From: Podarcis cretensis | Lineage: Eukaryota | Direction: 5' to 3' | DNA length: 64,000 nt | Assembly: GCA_951804945.1 (NCBI GenBank) | Contig: OX638153.1 | Span: 71,486,001-71,550,000 of the forward strand | Part shown: positions 1-13,600 of the stretch, piece after piece | How the letters are laid out: every line of letters begins with the position of its first letter | How positions within the stretch are numbered: position 1 is the first letter of the stretch | The notes under the pieces: model-generated | What the model was told of the DNA's origin: nothing | The model's database searches: none | Seen by the model: only the letters and a program-made list of their open reading frames with translations | Program-made: the position numbers and the translations under genes

Positions 1-12
1 TGCGAAGAAGTA

Positions 13-244
13 CCGTACTTTTTGCTCTATAAGACTCACTTTTTCCCTCCTAAAAAGTAAGGGGAAATGTGTGTGTGTCTTATGGAGCGAATGCAGGCTG
101 CACAGCTATCATAGAAGCCAGAACAGCAAGAGGGATTGCTGCTTTCACTGCACTGAGATTCAGATTTTTCTTCTTGTTGTTTTCCTCCTCCAAAAACTAG
201 GCACGTCTTGTGGTCTGGTGCGTCTTATAGAGCGAAAAATGCGG
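13..244. mobile_element. Non-autonomous Tc1/mariner (Tc2/pogo-like) MITE
   Basis: TIRs CCGTACTTTTTGCTCTATAAGAC / GTCTTATAGAGCGAAAAATGCGG, flanked by TA. Confidence 0.8.
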
Positions 245-327
245 TACTTCCTTTTATCTGTCTTAAATCTCCCAACATTCACAAGTTCCAGTGTTATGGG
301 AGGGGGGAGACATTTCTCTGTGAACTT

Positions 328-1072
328 CCTCTATGCCGTGCATCATTTTATCAACTCCTATTGTGTCACTACTCACCTTGTCTCTAAACTGAGAAGTCCC
401 AAATGCTGCAAGCTTTCCTCATAGGGAAGTTGCTTCATCAGCTTTCATCAGCTTCTTCCAATGTTAACTTGGACTTTATATATTGCCTCATTCTTCACAT
501 GACAGGAATGTTTTCAGCAGGTTTTTTAACGGAAGCTGAGGTTCTGAGCAAGTAACCTAAATGGAATGAATTGCCATGCAGTTTTCCAGTTACATTGTTG
601 ATCTTATTTGACTGCATTGACTTGGCTAGAAGATGCAAAGCAGTCTTTATTTGTACTAAATTAAGACTAGTGTAGAAATATGTAGGCTTTAGAGATTTGC
701 AGCAGCACACACCCCTCCAATGCCTTAACAGGCATGTATCTAAGTTTTAGCAGTTCTTTAGCAATTTGCAAATTGGGTGAAAATAAGAGCGCTTTGCTCC
801 AATCTCCTTGATTTGTTTTATTGGAGGCAAGAAATCTGGTTTTGAGGGATCTGTAGTTGGGGAGGAAACTGAATGACAAACTGATAAACTCTGAAAAGCA
901 GGTGGTGTAATATATATAAATAACACATTAGTATGTGTCCCAAAGTTAGTTTACTGGAACACTCATGGATCAAGGAAGTTGGTTTTCCCATTGCCAGGTT
1001 GCACAAGGAAATACAAAGAACAAAACTCCTATTCAAAACAGGCTTTTAAAGTATGTGGGAGAAGGATTTTCC
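328..1072 (+). repeat. Local duplication, copy 1 (copy 2 at 9006-9739)
   Basis: About 740 nt colinear direct match with scattered substitutions and small indels. Confidence 0.9.
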
Positions 1073-2814
1073 ACCTGCTTAATCTCAGTGGTCCTCAGGT
1101 ACACCTTGTAAGCAGATTGTTAAGCTATTTGACTATAATGGTTCTGCATATTGTTCAGAACCTGCGGGGACAGGAATTGCTCCATAGCAGGAATAAACCT
1201 CCAGTTCTCGATCTTTGGCTTTCGGAGTTCTGCCCAGGCTTCACCCTTCTCCACAACATGCCCAGTTCTGCACACACTGTGAGGGCTTTTACCTGACTGG
1301 ACTAAGAAGTTTGTGGGAGGTGGTCTAGAAACCACACTGACCTTTGTGTATGAAAAGTTCTTCAGGAGGGAGTGTGGCCCTGAGGCTGGCAAAAATTCCA
1401 CACGCCTCCCTGCTTTATAGATTTACAAATGCACACCGGCATGTGCTGCCAGCTCAGGGACCCAAGCAGCATATATATGTATTGCATATATATTGAAAGG
1501 CTGAGCAGTGTGGACTTTGGCAGGGGAGTGTCTCATGTAAACTGATAGATTGCAGAAAAACAAGATGCCTGGCAGTAACTGGTGGAGAAATATTAGTGGT
1601 TGGACGATTTATTCCACCCTACCCCACCCCAGAAGACCAAGAGTGTCTCTACAAAGTGTGTACTGAGGCTTTTTCCAGCATTTTCATGATTGATCTCAAT
1701 TTTGCTGTTCAGAGCATCTGTTCCGACCCCTCAAAGATTTCATCAGCAATGAATGTGCCTCATTGTATTCAATCATTAGATTTGAAAAGTGTGTGCCCTG
1801 CTTTTTGATGTAAAATACAACCATTGCAACTATGTCAAGAGTAATTTTGACACAAATTTTAAAATGAGGCTTGTCTCAAAAGTACTATTTTACCATTTTA
1901 CAACATGCAGAGAATAATATGCATAAACAAATCAGAGAGAGGAGCTGAGGGAAGTATTTGGAGGCTAGGAGAGGGAAGGGGGAAATGTAATTGGTTACAT
2001 TTGATTCATAATTTGATTTGTTAAATTTGTTTAATAAAAAATACTTTTAAAAAGTACTTAAAAGCCAGAGGCAGTAATGGAACTAAGCATTCTTTTTTAA
2101 AAGCAGGATACAGAATTAGAACAAATGTTTGTGAAATAAAAGACTCTAGCACGCAGGATTGTTGAAATGTGTGTGTGTCCCCATATTGAAAGCCTTGCTC
2201 ATAGGACTCCTTCAAAATAAGAATTAGAGCTCGAGGACCACGGAATCCAAGCTGATTGGGTGCTGGCCACTAAATTCATTTCTACAAAATCCCCATTGGG
2301 AGTTAAATTACAACTGAACATCATCTATCCGTACAAATACAAAAACCACTGCATTAGTGATCCTTCCCATTGATCTGTGCTGGCATCAAGCTCTTCAGGT
2401 GGGCATGCTCTGTGGTTTTTTAAATAACTCTCCTAATCATGAGGTCAGATGATAAGTTTCCAGAAGAAGTCTCTCAAAATTTCAAAAGAGCTTTCTAATA
2501 GAAAAGCATTTCACAAACTTGAGAGCAACAATACATTGTTTCCCCAAGGAAGAAAAGAACCAGCAGTTTGCTAATAACTGTGGGTTCTCAAATAATCCTG
2601 TGCATTAGGTCCCCTAATTACAACTGTGTCTTCCAATTTTGTATCGTACTTGGAATATTTAATTCCATTTGCCTCTGGTGTGTGTCACTTCTTGGGGGTT
2701 TTAGAGGAAACCTGACATCATGCGGTCAGTGTAATTGCACGCAGCCACAAGAGGAATTCCCACAGCCTCCAATTGCTAGTCAACAAATGCACCCTGCTTC
2801 AAAGCCCAGACAGT

Positions 2815-2900
2815 TAGAATCATAGAATAGAATCATAGAATCATAGAGTTGGAAGAGACCACAAGGGCCATCGAGTCCAACCCCCTGCCAAGCAGGAAAC
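2815..2900 (-). mobile_element. CR1 LINE (or CR1-tailed SINE) 3' end
   Basis: (ATTCTATG)n tail and CR1 3' stem-loop on the minus strand. Confidence 0.75.
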
Positions 2901-2973
2901 AGTTAATGCAGAGAAGGGGACAGCATTTCTGGAGAAAGGATCCCAGTGCCACGTGACTGCTGGAGAAGGGATG

Positions 2974-3071
2974 AAGGTCCAAAATATTATTGGATAGAGC
3001 CGGGGCAGCTAACACTTGGCCCAAGGTCCAAAATATTATTGGATAGAGCACGGGCAGCTAACACCTGGCCC
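2974..3071 (+). repeat. 49-bp tandem duplication (2 copies)
   Basis: AAGGTCCAAAATATTATTGGATAGAGC..GGGCAGCTAACAC.TGGCCC twice. Confidence 0.9.
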
Positions 3072-4968
3072 AGGAACCCAACTCAACCCTCAAGCAAAAT
3101 TTTCCAGCACCCCAAGATCCCACCAGTTTTGGTGGTGGTGATGAAAAACAAAACAAAAATAATAAAGACACAATGTTGTGGTGGGGCAAAAAGTTTGAAC
3201 TTTTCTGAGCTTGGATAAAGATGCAAATTGCACCTTTCTGGGCCACCAGGTAGGTCATTTGAGAAAATAAGAGTTGGTGACTGGCTCTCCTTGACTGATC
3301 TACTTATGCCCCATGTGTGTACACATGTGCAAGAGTGTGGTGTGGCCACAGCTACTTGTGGCATGCAGTTTCCCAGAGGGTTGACCAAGGGGAAATATGG
3401 TCCAAGGCAAAGAATTGGGAAAGGAAAAGTGTCACTAAAAGAGTAGAGTGTGGCACCACAAGAATTGCGCTATCCGTGGCGTGAACAAGGCAGTGAACAT
3501 GTGTTGATTGAAAAGTGCTGGAAAATCTATCGGGAGAAGACCATGAATAGGAAAGGCATCTTTCAAGTTGATGTGCCACTTTTCTGCCATCGTTGGTAGA
3601 ATCAAGGCAGCTTAATAGAAGGTCATAAACACAATGGAATAACAACTCCTGCAACATTAATATAATTAATGGCAATGCAATCAGGAGAACAAGCCATTCT
3701 TGCAGCAATAGGAAAAGCAGAAGATCTGCTCTACCTTTCCACCCACCCAAACATTTACACAAGAATGAAGCAACATCTGGAAAAAGGGGTGCATCTTGGA
3801 GTATTTTACATTTATTTTCGAGACTTCATTAAACGAATCCCGGTGATTCAGCAGCACTCTAATTAGCCATCTTGGGGAGCACATAAACATCTAAATGCAG
3901 CTGTCTTCTGTTACAGTAAATGTTTCTCTCTCTAAAATTAGGCCCACTTCCAAGTGGAAAAAGCCTTTGTGTTGAAGGTTGCATTTGAACGCCGACTAAT
4001 TGGTTAAGAGCCTATAATTCGGTTTTGGGTAGGCAAGGAAGGAGGTCGGGTGTGTGCTTCCACTGCTTGGATTTGAAATCTGAGACCAAGTAATTCCTTG
4101 TATGGATTAGAAATTTAAGTATATAGGAGTTGTGAGAGAACTTGAAACCAAAGGTGCAAGCAGCGTTTATATCTAAAGTAACACAAAAGTGAGGGGGAGG
4201 GAGCAAGAAATCCCTCTCACTCCAAACCCAAAATAATTAAAATAAGTGAACAGGGAAGTTCTGCCACATGTCTAACTTGACATGCTCTTTTACTTTGTTA
4301 CTGGTACTCTAAATTATGGACTATATACCAGATTTGTTTCTAATCTTGGGCTAGCAAAATGGTCCAATCACATTTAGGCTATCGTCATATATATTTCAGA
4401 AGTTCAGGAGCTTTCCTCTCTATTTCTGCTGAAAGAGGAGAGAAATGTGTTGCCTATTGTATTCCCATACTCCCCCCCCCCCTTTGTTTACTGTAGCGCC
4501 TCTTTCTCCTTCTGTTTCCTAGATCTGTACTTTGACCACACCACTTTGTACCTTCCCCCTCCTCTAAGCTTCCAGTCTCTTCCATACGTACAACACTTCC
4601 TGTTTTTAGATCTTGGTCTGTAGCTTTCCTTGGAAATGAAGGAGTTAAATCTGAGCTCTAAGAGGAAGCAAAGCATTGTGAGGTGTTTCTGTGCTTTACT
4701 TCAGTTTTCTAAATGCTGTGCAGAAAATTCGTCATGCTTTCCCCCCTCAGTTTTTGTGAGTCACAAAATTTTAATCCCCATGCATTGCTTTGAAATTGTC
4801 ACCCCTGCTATCTTGCACTATCCATTATGTTTCCATTTTGCTGCTGCGGTAATGGGACCAAGAGCTTTAAATTCACTCTCTTCCAGTGCAAAAAAAGAAG
4901 CATGAAAAGCATACTATTTGAATTCTAGTTGCTGTTTAAAAATTCCCCCTGTAGTTGGTCTGTATTGG

Positions 4969-5104
4969 NNNNNNNNNNNNNNNNNNNNNNNNNNNNNNNN
5001 NNNNNNNNNNNNNNNNNNNNNNNNNNNNNNNNNNNNNNNNNNNNNNNNNNNNNNNNNNNNNNNNNNNNNNNNNNNNNNNNNNNNNNNNNNNNNNNNNNNN
5101 NNNN
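4969..5104. other. Assembly gap (136 N)
   Basis: Run of N next to an L2 3' end. Confidence 1.
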
Positions 5105-5550
5105 GGGTTTCCCCAGCCACTCTGGGCGGCTCCCAACCAAATGTTAAAAACACAATACAACATTAAACATTAAAAACTTCCCTAAACATGGCTGCCTTCA
5201 GATGTCTTTTAAAAGTCAGATAGTTGTTTATTTCCTTGACTTCTGATGGGAGGGCATTCCACAGGAAAGGCGCCACCACCGAGAAGGCCCTGCCTGGTTC
5301 CCTGTAACCTCACTTTTCACAGTGAGGGAACCGCCAGAAGGCCCTCGGCGCTGGACCTCAGTGTCTGGGCTGAACGATGGGGGTGGAGACGCTCCTTCAG
5401 GTATAGTGGACTGAGGCTGTTTAGAGCCTTAAAGGTCAGCACCGACACTTTGAATTGTGCTCAGAAACATACTGGGAGCCAATGCAGGTCTCTCAGGACT
5501 AGTGTTATATGGTCTCAGTGGTCACTCCCAGGCACCAGTCTAGCTGCCGG
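5105..5550 (-). mobile_element. L2-type LINE 3' fragment
   Basis: Same family as 30430-30760(-), 47862-48103(+) and short tails at 25267-25347 and 52131-52220; family name by recognition. Confidence 0.75.
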
Positions 5551-6386
5551 ACATTCCTTTAAAAAACCCAAAAACCTTTGACAGAAAGTCTTTAAAAAGA
5601 AGAAAAGAGAGACCTGGAGCACTAGCTGTAAATAAAAATTGCTTTGAGAAAGAACATAAGACTCTTCATATTTGCAAAATCACTATCACCTCCATCATGG
5701 GATCATGGATAATTCTGTCCCAAGAAAACATTCTATAGTGAGAAGACAGGGGGTAGGAAACCTCAGACCTGGGGGCCAAAGGTGACTCTCCAGGCCTCTT
5801 TACCTGACCCGTAAGATTTTCCCCCAGGCCACACACTTTCCAAAGACACACTCCCCTCACTAGCCCTACTTTCCACTCCCCTTGTGAGTTTTTCGTTGGC
5901 TGGGATGCGTCCTCGAACTCGCAAAATGATTGCCTGAGGACACATTTTGTTTGTGTGTGTGAAGAAGCCAGCCTACAGTCCAAAGGCAAAATTCACATTT
6001 TGCTGCTCTGCCCTCTTTTGCCTTTGGCGCCATCCCCACCACGAGCACGTGGTCCGCAGAAACTTACCCCCCCCCCAAAGAAATCAGGTCCCACTAGCCA
6101 GAAAAGGATTCCCCGGCCCTGCTAATATGGTTTTCAGGTTTTGACTTGTAGAGTGACTTAATGAGCAACAGTTGGATTAAAAGGTTAAAAACAAACCTGT
6201 CTGGCACCAGCATCTAATTTTCCACGACCATCCCCAGGGATGGGCTTTCATGTGCAAACTGGCATACAATTCCTGCCCAGGATTCTTTCCTTGTATGGAA
6301 GTTTCACACTCTTTCAGGACACACAGTAAGTGCATCAATAGTAGGTTGTGGTTCCACATACCATTCATTGCTCATGCTTTCAATTA

Positions 6387-6628
6387 CAGTGGTACCTCGG
6401 GTTACATCTGCTTCAGGTTACATACGCTTCAGGTTACAGACTCCGCTAATGCAGAAATAGTACCTCAGGTTAAGAACTTTGCTTCAGGATGAGAACAGAA
6501 ATCGTGCTCTGGCGGCGTGGCGGCAGCAGGAGGCCCCATTAGCTAAAGTGGTGCTTCAGGTTAAGAACAGTTTCAGGTTAAGAACGGACCTCTGAAACAA
6601 ATTAAGTACTTAACCTGAGGTACCACTG
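6387..6628. mobile_element. Tigger/mariner-type MITE
   Basis: TIR CAGTGGTACCTC..GAGGTACCACTG, TA TSD; four copies in the window. Confidence 0.85.
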
Positions 6629-6733
6629 TATTACTATTAATTCAATTTATATCCCACACTTCCTCCTGTCGGAGCCCACAGCAGCAAACATAGAAATAAT
6701 TGTGATATTAAATGGATATTATCTTATCCTGAA

Positions 6734-7095
6734 GGGATGCAGGTGGCGCTGTGGGTTAAAGCCTCAGCGCCTAGGACTTGCCGATCGAAAGGTCGGCGGT
6801 TCGAATCCCTGCGGCGGGGTGCGCTCCCACTGCTCGGTCCCAGCGCCTGCCAACCTAGCAGTTCGAAAGCACCTCCGGGTGCAAGTAGATAAATAGGGAC
6901 CGCTTACCAGCGGGAAGGTAAACGGCGTTTCCGTGTGCGGCTCTGGCTCGCCAGAGCAGCGATGTCATGCTGGCCACGTGACCCGGAAGTGTCTCCGGAC
7001 AGCGCTGGCCCCTGGCCTCTTAAGTGAGATGGGCGCACAACCCCAGAGTCTGTCAAGACTGGCCCGTACGGGCAGGGGTACCTTTACCTTTACCT
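6734..7095 (+). mobile_element. Sauria SINE, full length
   Basis: tRNA-like head with B box GGTTCGAATCC, (ACCTTT)n tail, 15-bp TSD TTATCTTATCCTGAA. Confidence 0.9.
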
Positions 7096-7629
7096 TTATC
7101 TTATCCTGAATAAAGCCTTATTAGTAATTCTACTTCTCTCACACACCAAGGGGGAAAAACTGCCCTCAAGAGTGGCATTTCAGGTCTACTTTGGCATGAG
7201 CCAGAGTGACTTGGCCATAGTTTTCTTCCATCCCATTTCACTGCTTTTTGGGTGCATGAATATTTGTCCCCAAAATTGAGCTTACTAGCAACAGTAATGC
7301 ATTTAAAGAAAGAAAGAATGTATTATAGAAGCTACTCAAATGCATCCTTAAAACAGTCTTCACAGTTGCCAGGAATCATCAAATAATCATCAAACAGAAC
7401 AGCTTTTTAATTTCCCCCCCCCCCCCGCTTCCTGAAAATTTATAATCAGGAAGACAGACAGACAAGCCTTATCAGGGAGGGCATTCCACAAACAGGTAAC
7501 TGCCATTGAAATGGCCCTGTCATGCCATGGTCAACATCACCTGCGCAGCCCAGTTGTGTGATGTGAGTGCATCTTAAAGCTATCCTACAAATTAGTGGCC
7601 TTAAAAAAAGCAAAGACTAAAGCCAATGG

Positions 7630-8053
7630 TTTTCCCAGTAGTGATGTATGGAAGTGAGAGCTGGACCATAAAGAAGGCTGATTGCCGAAGAATTGATGCT
7701 TTCGAATTATGGTGCTGGAGGAGACTCTTGAGAGTCCCATGGACTGCAAGAAGATCAAACTGATCCATTCTTAAGGAAATCAGCCCTGAGTGCTCACTGG
7801 AAGGACAGATCCTGAAGTTGAGGCTCCAATACTTTGGTCACCTCATGAGAAGAGAAGACTCCCTGGAAAAGACCCTGGTGTTGGGAAAGATGGAGGGCAC
7901 AAGGAGAAGGGGATGACAGAGGACGAGATGGTTGGACAGTGATCTGGAAGCTACTAATATGAGTTTGACCAGGAGGCAATGGAAGACAGGAGTGCCTGGC
8001 GTGCTCTGGTCCATGGGGTCACGAAGAGTCAGACACGACTAAACGACCACAAC
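7630..8053 (+). mobile_element. RTE BovB LINE, 5'-truncated
   Basis: BovB RT C-terminal region (IDAFELWCWRRLLRVPWTARRS), CAA tail, TSD AAAGCCAATGG. Confidence 0.9.
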
Positions 8054-9005
8054 AAAGCCAATGGCAGCTAAACGATGTTGCCGCTAACTAAACTTGTGAC
8101 ATCAGCTTTTGAATTCTCAGCCAACCAAGAAAATACAAGAAGTGATTCACTTTGATATCATCGCTGGCTACATTGTATGTGACAGCAGTAGTGAGCCAGA
8201 GTACTGTTCACTTTTTAAGTGTTTTGAATCCCAGTGTCTTGTCTTCAACCATTCTGCAGTTGTGGTTCTGAACCAGAACAGTTGCTTCTTGTTTAGCAAA
8301 ACACATTTGTAAAAGTGAGGATGAAATGATGACAGAAGAGCATTCACACAAAAAGCTAAAATTCCCCCCAAATGTGCTGATGTGACCTGATGAGAAAAGA
8401 CCTAGTTAGCCTTTTGCTATGATCTTGACCTCATGACCCAGTTGAAAAAGTCACTACAGGCACTGTCCGTTACTAAATGTGTCCCATGGTCATCAAAGGA
8501 ATTGTAACACTTCAGAAATGAGTGATTCATGCAGGAATTGAAGGCAAAAGCTGCAGTTCATGGGCCTTCAGTCTTGATTTTGGGATGGGGATGGGGTGTT
8601 CTTCAATAGTTCTGTGACCTTCACTGCCGCATGTGTGAGAGCATTCTGGGAAAGTGCCTTGTATGTGACAGCCAAATATTGACTTGTTAGCACCATGTCT
8701 CTATTCTTTAAGACCTTCACAGACATATTTAATCAAGATTTAATCAACTTAAAAGGAGCTGCTTAAAGGCAGTATAATATATTTGGGGTTTTAGCTCATC
8801 AAGGAATATTGCGAATTAAGCACCAAAGGAGGCCAGGAGGAGTCTTGGAAGTAAAAGCAGGAAAATTATATGAAACTTATTCTGGAGGGGGATATCTGAG
8901 AATGTATAGGGAGTCCCAAAGAGAGAGAGATTTCATATGGTGCTTGGTAGGGAAGAAGCAGGGAGATAGAAAACACAAATCCCATGTATAGCAAACCACT
9001 TAGAA

Positions 9006-9739
9006 CCTCTATGCCAGACATAATTTTATCAACTTCTATTGTGTCACCACTCACCTTGTCTCTAAACTGAGAAGTCCCAAATGCTGCAAGCTTTCCTCAT
9101 AGAGAAGTTGCTTCATCAGCTTTTATCAGCTTCTTCCAATGTTAACTTGGACGTTATATATTGCCTCATTCTTCACATGACAGGAATGGTTTTAGCAGGT
9201 TCTGAGCAAGTAACCTAAATGGAATGAATTGCCATGCAGTTTTCCAGTTACATTATTGATCTTATTTGACTGCATTGACTTGGCTAGAAGATGCAAAGCA
9301 GTCTTTATGTGTACTAAATTAAGACTGGTGTAGAAATACGTAGGCTTTAGAGTTTTGCAGTAGCATACACCCCTCCAATGCCTTAGCAGCCATGTATCTA
9401 AGTTTTAGCAGCTCTTTAGCAATTTGCAAATTGTTGCCACATGGGTGAAAATTAGAGCATTTTGCTCCAATCTCCTTGATTTGTTTTATCGGAGATAAGA
9501 AGTATGGTTTTGAGGGATCTGTAGTTGGGGAGGAAACTGAATGACAAAGTGATCAACTCTGAAAAGCAAGTGGTGTAAAACATATATATATATTGCACTA
9601 GTATGTGTCCCAAAGTTTGCTGGAACTCTCATGGATCAAGGAAGTTGGTTTTCCCATTGCCAGGTTGCACGAGGAACTACAGAGAACACAACTCCTATTC
9701 AAAACAGGCTTTTTAAAGTATGTGGGAGAAGGATTTTCC
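9006..9739 (+). repeat. Local duplication, copy 2 of 328-1072
   Basis: Direct repeat of 328-1072. Confidence 0.9.
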
Positions 9740-10518
9740 TCTTGCAGTGAGATGTGCTAGCAACAATTGTTATTTTTTCAGATCTTTAATAATCCAGCTC
9801 TTCATGGCTTGCCATATCTTTACCCAAGGCATATCTTTGCACAAGAAACTAAGTTCGTAAAAAGTGGAGCACTTCCCCCCCCCCTTTTTAAGATGAAATT
9901 TGCTGTTTTGATTTTGATGGTCCCTGCTGTAATGTTTAGCATTTTTAACCTGCTTCTTTCTATGCACTCCAGTAATATTTCCTGTTTTTATTTCGTTCAC
10001 ATCAGTATAAGCTACAGAAAGCCAGAGGTAAATTATGCAACTATGCTGGTGTAACTTACCTCTTTTCCAAACTCTAAACAGGAGCAGGGGCTCAGCCAAC
10101 CCAAGCCTAGCAGAGGGGAAATAATCCCTTAAAACAGAGTTTGACGTACACAACTTTTTGGCCAGTATAACTTTCTCTGGGTTACTTAGTCACATGACTT
10201 TCCCCCTCCAATGTCTTGCCCCCACCATTCCCCTGGAACATCCCTTTGTGGGGACTTAATTCAGTGTCGGCTTTGCTAGCTGAGCCCCAGTTGAACTGGG
10301 ATCAAGGAGCTATGCCGGCATACATCTGGCTGAGCTGGAGATATGCCTATATGCTGGTCTCAAAAGTACCATGCCAAGATGACAGGAGTGAATTGCTGTA
10401 ACTGAATATGTGTCTGAGACTTGAGAGGTTGGGGGGGGGGGCTACTTGGGTGAAAGGTGGGGTATAAATGAAATGAAATGAAATAAGCACATCTCAGTTA
10501 TCTGTGTGCTGTCTCCAG

Positions 10519-10698
10519 GTGGTTATGTACATTGGCCAAGTCTCAAAGGACCTGCTCAAGTGGCCCCGCCCTTGTTCTCCACCTGTTGTCAAGCTAGAAA
10601 AAAGGACCACTGCAGAGTATGGAATGCCATCCACACATGCAATGGCAGCAACCGCCATTTCTTTTACATTTGTGGTTACAACTGTGAACAAGTACAAG
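10519..10698 (+). CDS. SGPP2: SGPP2 internal exon (180 nt; exon 3 by human numbering)
   Basis: ctccag|GTGGTTATG...TACAAG|gtaggc; encodes KxxxxWPRP and PSTH motifs. Confidence 0.95.
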
Positions 10699-13600
10699 GT
10701 AGGCATGCAGTGTGGTGTACTGGATAAGGCAGAGCTTTCCAAACTTTTCGTGTTGGTGACACACTCTTTAGGCATGCATCATTTCATGGCACAGTAATTC
10801 AGTTTTACTAGCAAACTGGGGGTTAAACTAACCCCTTTCCAGCCCCAGAAAGTGTAGCCTCTCCAAAAACTCTGGCTTAAATATAAGAAGTGTAGGTTTG
10901 GTGTGTCCCCTTTCTCTCCCTCCCATGACGTCTCAGGCAAACTTGCCCCACTGATCTTGCCACACAGGGGCAGCTCTAGCTAAATCCAGCATGATCTAAG
11001 AGCCTTTCCCCACTTACTCTGCAGCCAGACCACACATTCTACACGTTAATCTGTATAATGGCATCATGACCACTTGGTTTTCTAGCCATTACCTTATAGT
11101 TTCTGTTATGTGCCTTTTCCAGTGATCTGAATCTCTCCAAGGTGAGCTTTTCACTCAGATCATTCCTAAGGATTTATAGCCAATTTATTTGTTTGTGCTG
11201 ATGTGAAGTTAGAATATTCTGTTCCATTTGGCTCCTGTCTTCTATTCTGTTACATAACCATACAGTTTGGAGACCTTATTTAGGAGCCCTTCACAATTGA
11301 ATTTTGTATTCTCGACTGACTTTGCCATCTGCAAATGTGGCTACATCCACTGCTTGATTCCATATATTTATGAACAGGTCTAACGGCACAGGTCCAAATA
11401 CGGTGGTGAGGTCTTCCTCACTATCTGTTGTCTTCTTCATCCAGTGTTGGTCTAAATAGAGCACAGCTTTTGCATTTTCCATTCCTAGGGCTCAGTACCA
11501 CCTGTGGAGGTTGAAATCTTTATCCTTTTCCAACAATTGTAGGTGATGAATTTATTATAAGGACATTACAAATCATCACTGCTAGATATTTCAGTCCAGG
11601 TTGTTTGGAAACGTTACTTGAATTCATCAAACTTCTGATATTCCAGAATGCAGTTGGTTCTGAATTAGAATGGCCTGGCCATTGATAAAAGTCTGATGGT
11701 GCCTTATTTGATTCTTTGTGATATATGCAACTACTATTAATGTTTCTTTCACTCCCCTTTTATGTTTACAGTACCCACTTGAACTAGGACTGCTGGGAGC
11801 CTTCTTATTTTCAACTCTGGTATGCCTCAGCAGAATTTACACTGGAATGCACACAGTTTTGGTAAGGTCTCTCCTTAGTTTATTGCCCATATATTAGGGA
11901 TTTATATCCTGAAGCATGAACATAAACCAGTACACGTTAAAAGCAAATGACACAGAAAAACTGCCTAAATCCTAGTTAAGCCCTCTTAATAGCACATAAA
12001 CTTGCAGCTCAACCTATTCTGCATCCATTTTCTCTCTTTTCAACCTATCTTTTCCATGCAAAGCTCATGTATGTAACATATAATAAACAAGTAAGGCCGT
12101 TGTCATGTTGCAGTTCTCTTGGTGGCTGACAGGTGGCTGCTGAAAATAAGAGCATGGTGGTAGACTTCTGATAGCTGTTGGCCATTGGATGAGGAAGACA
12201 GAAGAAGGCGGGTATAAAGAGAGGGAGGGGTGGCTTTGGTGACCTCTAAAGGGAGTGGGTGGGGTTGGCAAGTGAAGCAGAGGCACAGCCCCTGGTTTAT
12301 AAATAATACCCTATGCTTGAACATCATCAGCCTCTCTCACTGTGCTCATAGATTGAGCACCATTCTTTAGGCATCTCTTGTATTTACTGTAGGTGCCCCG
12401 TGGGGCAAAGCCTTACTGGTAGAACTAAGTACAATAGCTTGCTGGCTTAGTGGTGAGCTGGACTTTCTGCTCCTCCTTCTCCCAGGGCTACAAGTATATC
12501 TGGTGACTGGGAAGGGCTGCAAAGCTGGGTGATTTGCTTGCTGGAATGCGTCATCTTGACTCATAGTATGTTATATGACTACTCCTACATGTAGCCTCTT
12601 TCACTGAAAATTAGGCCTGATGTAGCTTCTGTAGTGAGAAGAGGTGTGCATCATTTTTCACAGTGCCGCTAGCTGATTCTATACCATGAGCCTCCTGGAT
12701 CACACATGACATTTGCTTGTTTACCATCCTCATCAGGCACATTGGTAAAGGTCTTGACCTCAGTAGATCAAACCAATAATTTGAAAGGGAGGATGTCTCC
12801 AGTCTAGATTTAACTAATGACCTAAAGTCAGTCAGTAAAAATTCTCTGCATATTTCCCTTGATAAGTGATAAGAAGAGACTTTTCTAAATTCAGATGGGG
12901 TTGGTGGTAAAGAAGAGAGAAGCCTTTGTTGACATACTTGAAAGAACAAAGCTACTTTAATTTGGGTGGGGAGGGGAGTCCCCTCCTTTCAATAGATTTA
13001 AATTATAGTTCTGTGAGATTTTTTTGCTATCAGAAGAAAATGAAATACAGTGCAGTCCTGGGCATGCCTATTAGGAAGTAAGGTCCATTCCATGAGACTT
13101 AGTCCCAGGTAAGTGACTGTTGAATTGTAGCCTTAAAAGATTTTAATATGGTTGCATAATTGGTTTATATATTTTTTGTAAATCACTTAGAGGCCTACTT
13201 TGGCATTTAGCAGTATATGACATAATAAAGAATAATAATAATAATAATAATAATGTAGCAGCAAAAAAATGTTCTGCAATTTAAATCTATTTGAATAAAC
13301 TTAGTTATCTGTATCTAATGTAGAAGATTTCTTGAATCTTGTCCTGATTCTAGAATAACTTCCACTCTTCTTTCACATCACCCTGGAATGTTGTAGATTC
13401 CAGCATCATGGAGGATGTAAAATGGTGGTCTGACCATCAACACAGTTGCTGCTACTATCACCTACAGTGAAAAAAACAAAACTAAAAAATAATAGCAAAA
13501 TTGGAAGTCTGTGCTAATGGTGAATTCTATCCCTGAGAAACTTTTGGAAGAAGAGTTTGAAGAAGAAGAAGAGTTTGGATTTGATATCCCGCTTTATCAC

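Noticed and set aside
4914-5173. ORFs containing X runs
   Set aside because: Artefacts of the N gap.
6734-6815. tRNA-like sequences at SINE heads (also 15840, 53890, 54599, 60250)
   Set aside because: Pol III heads of SINEs, not complete tRNA cloverleaves.
1-10518. Search for SGPP2 exon 2
   Set aside because: No matching coding segment was recognised; presumed to lie upstream of the window.
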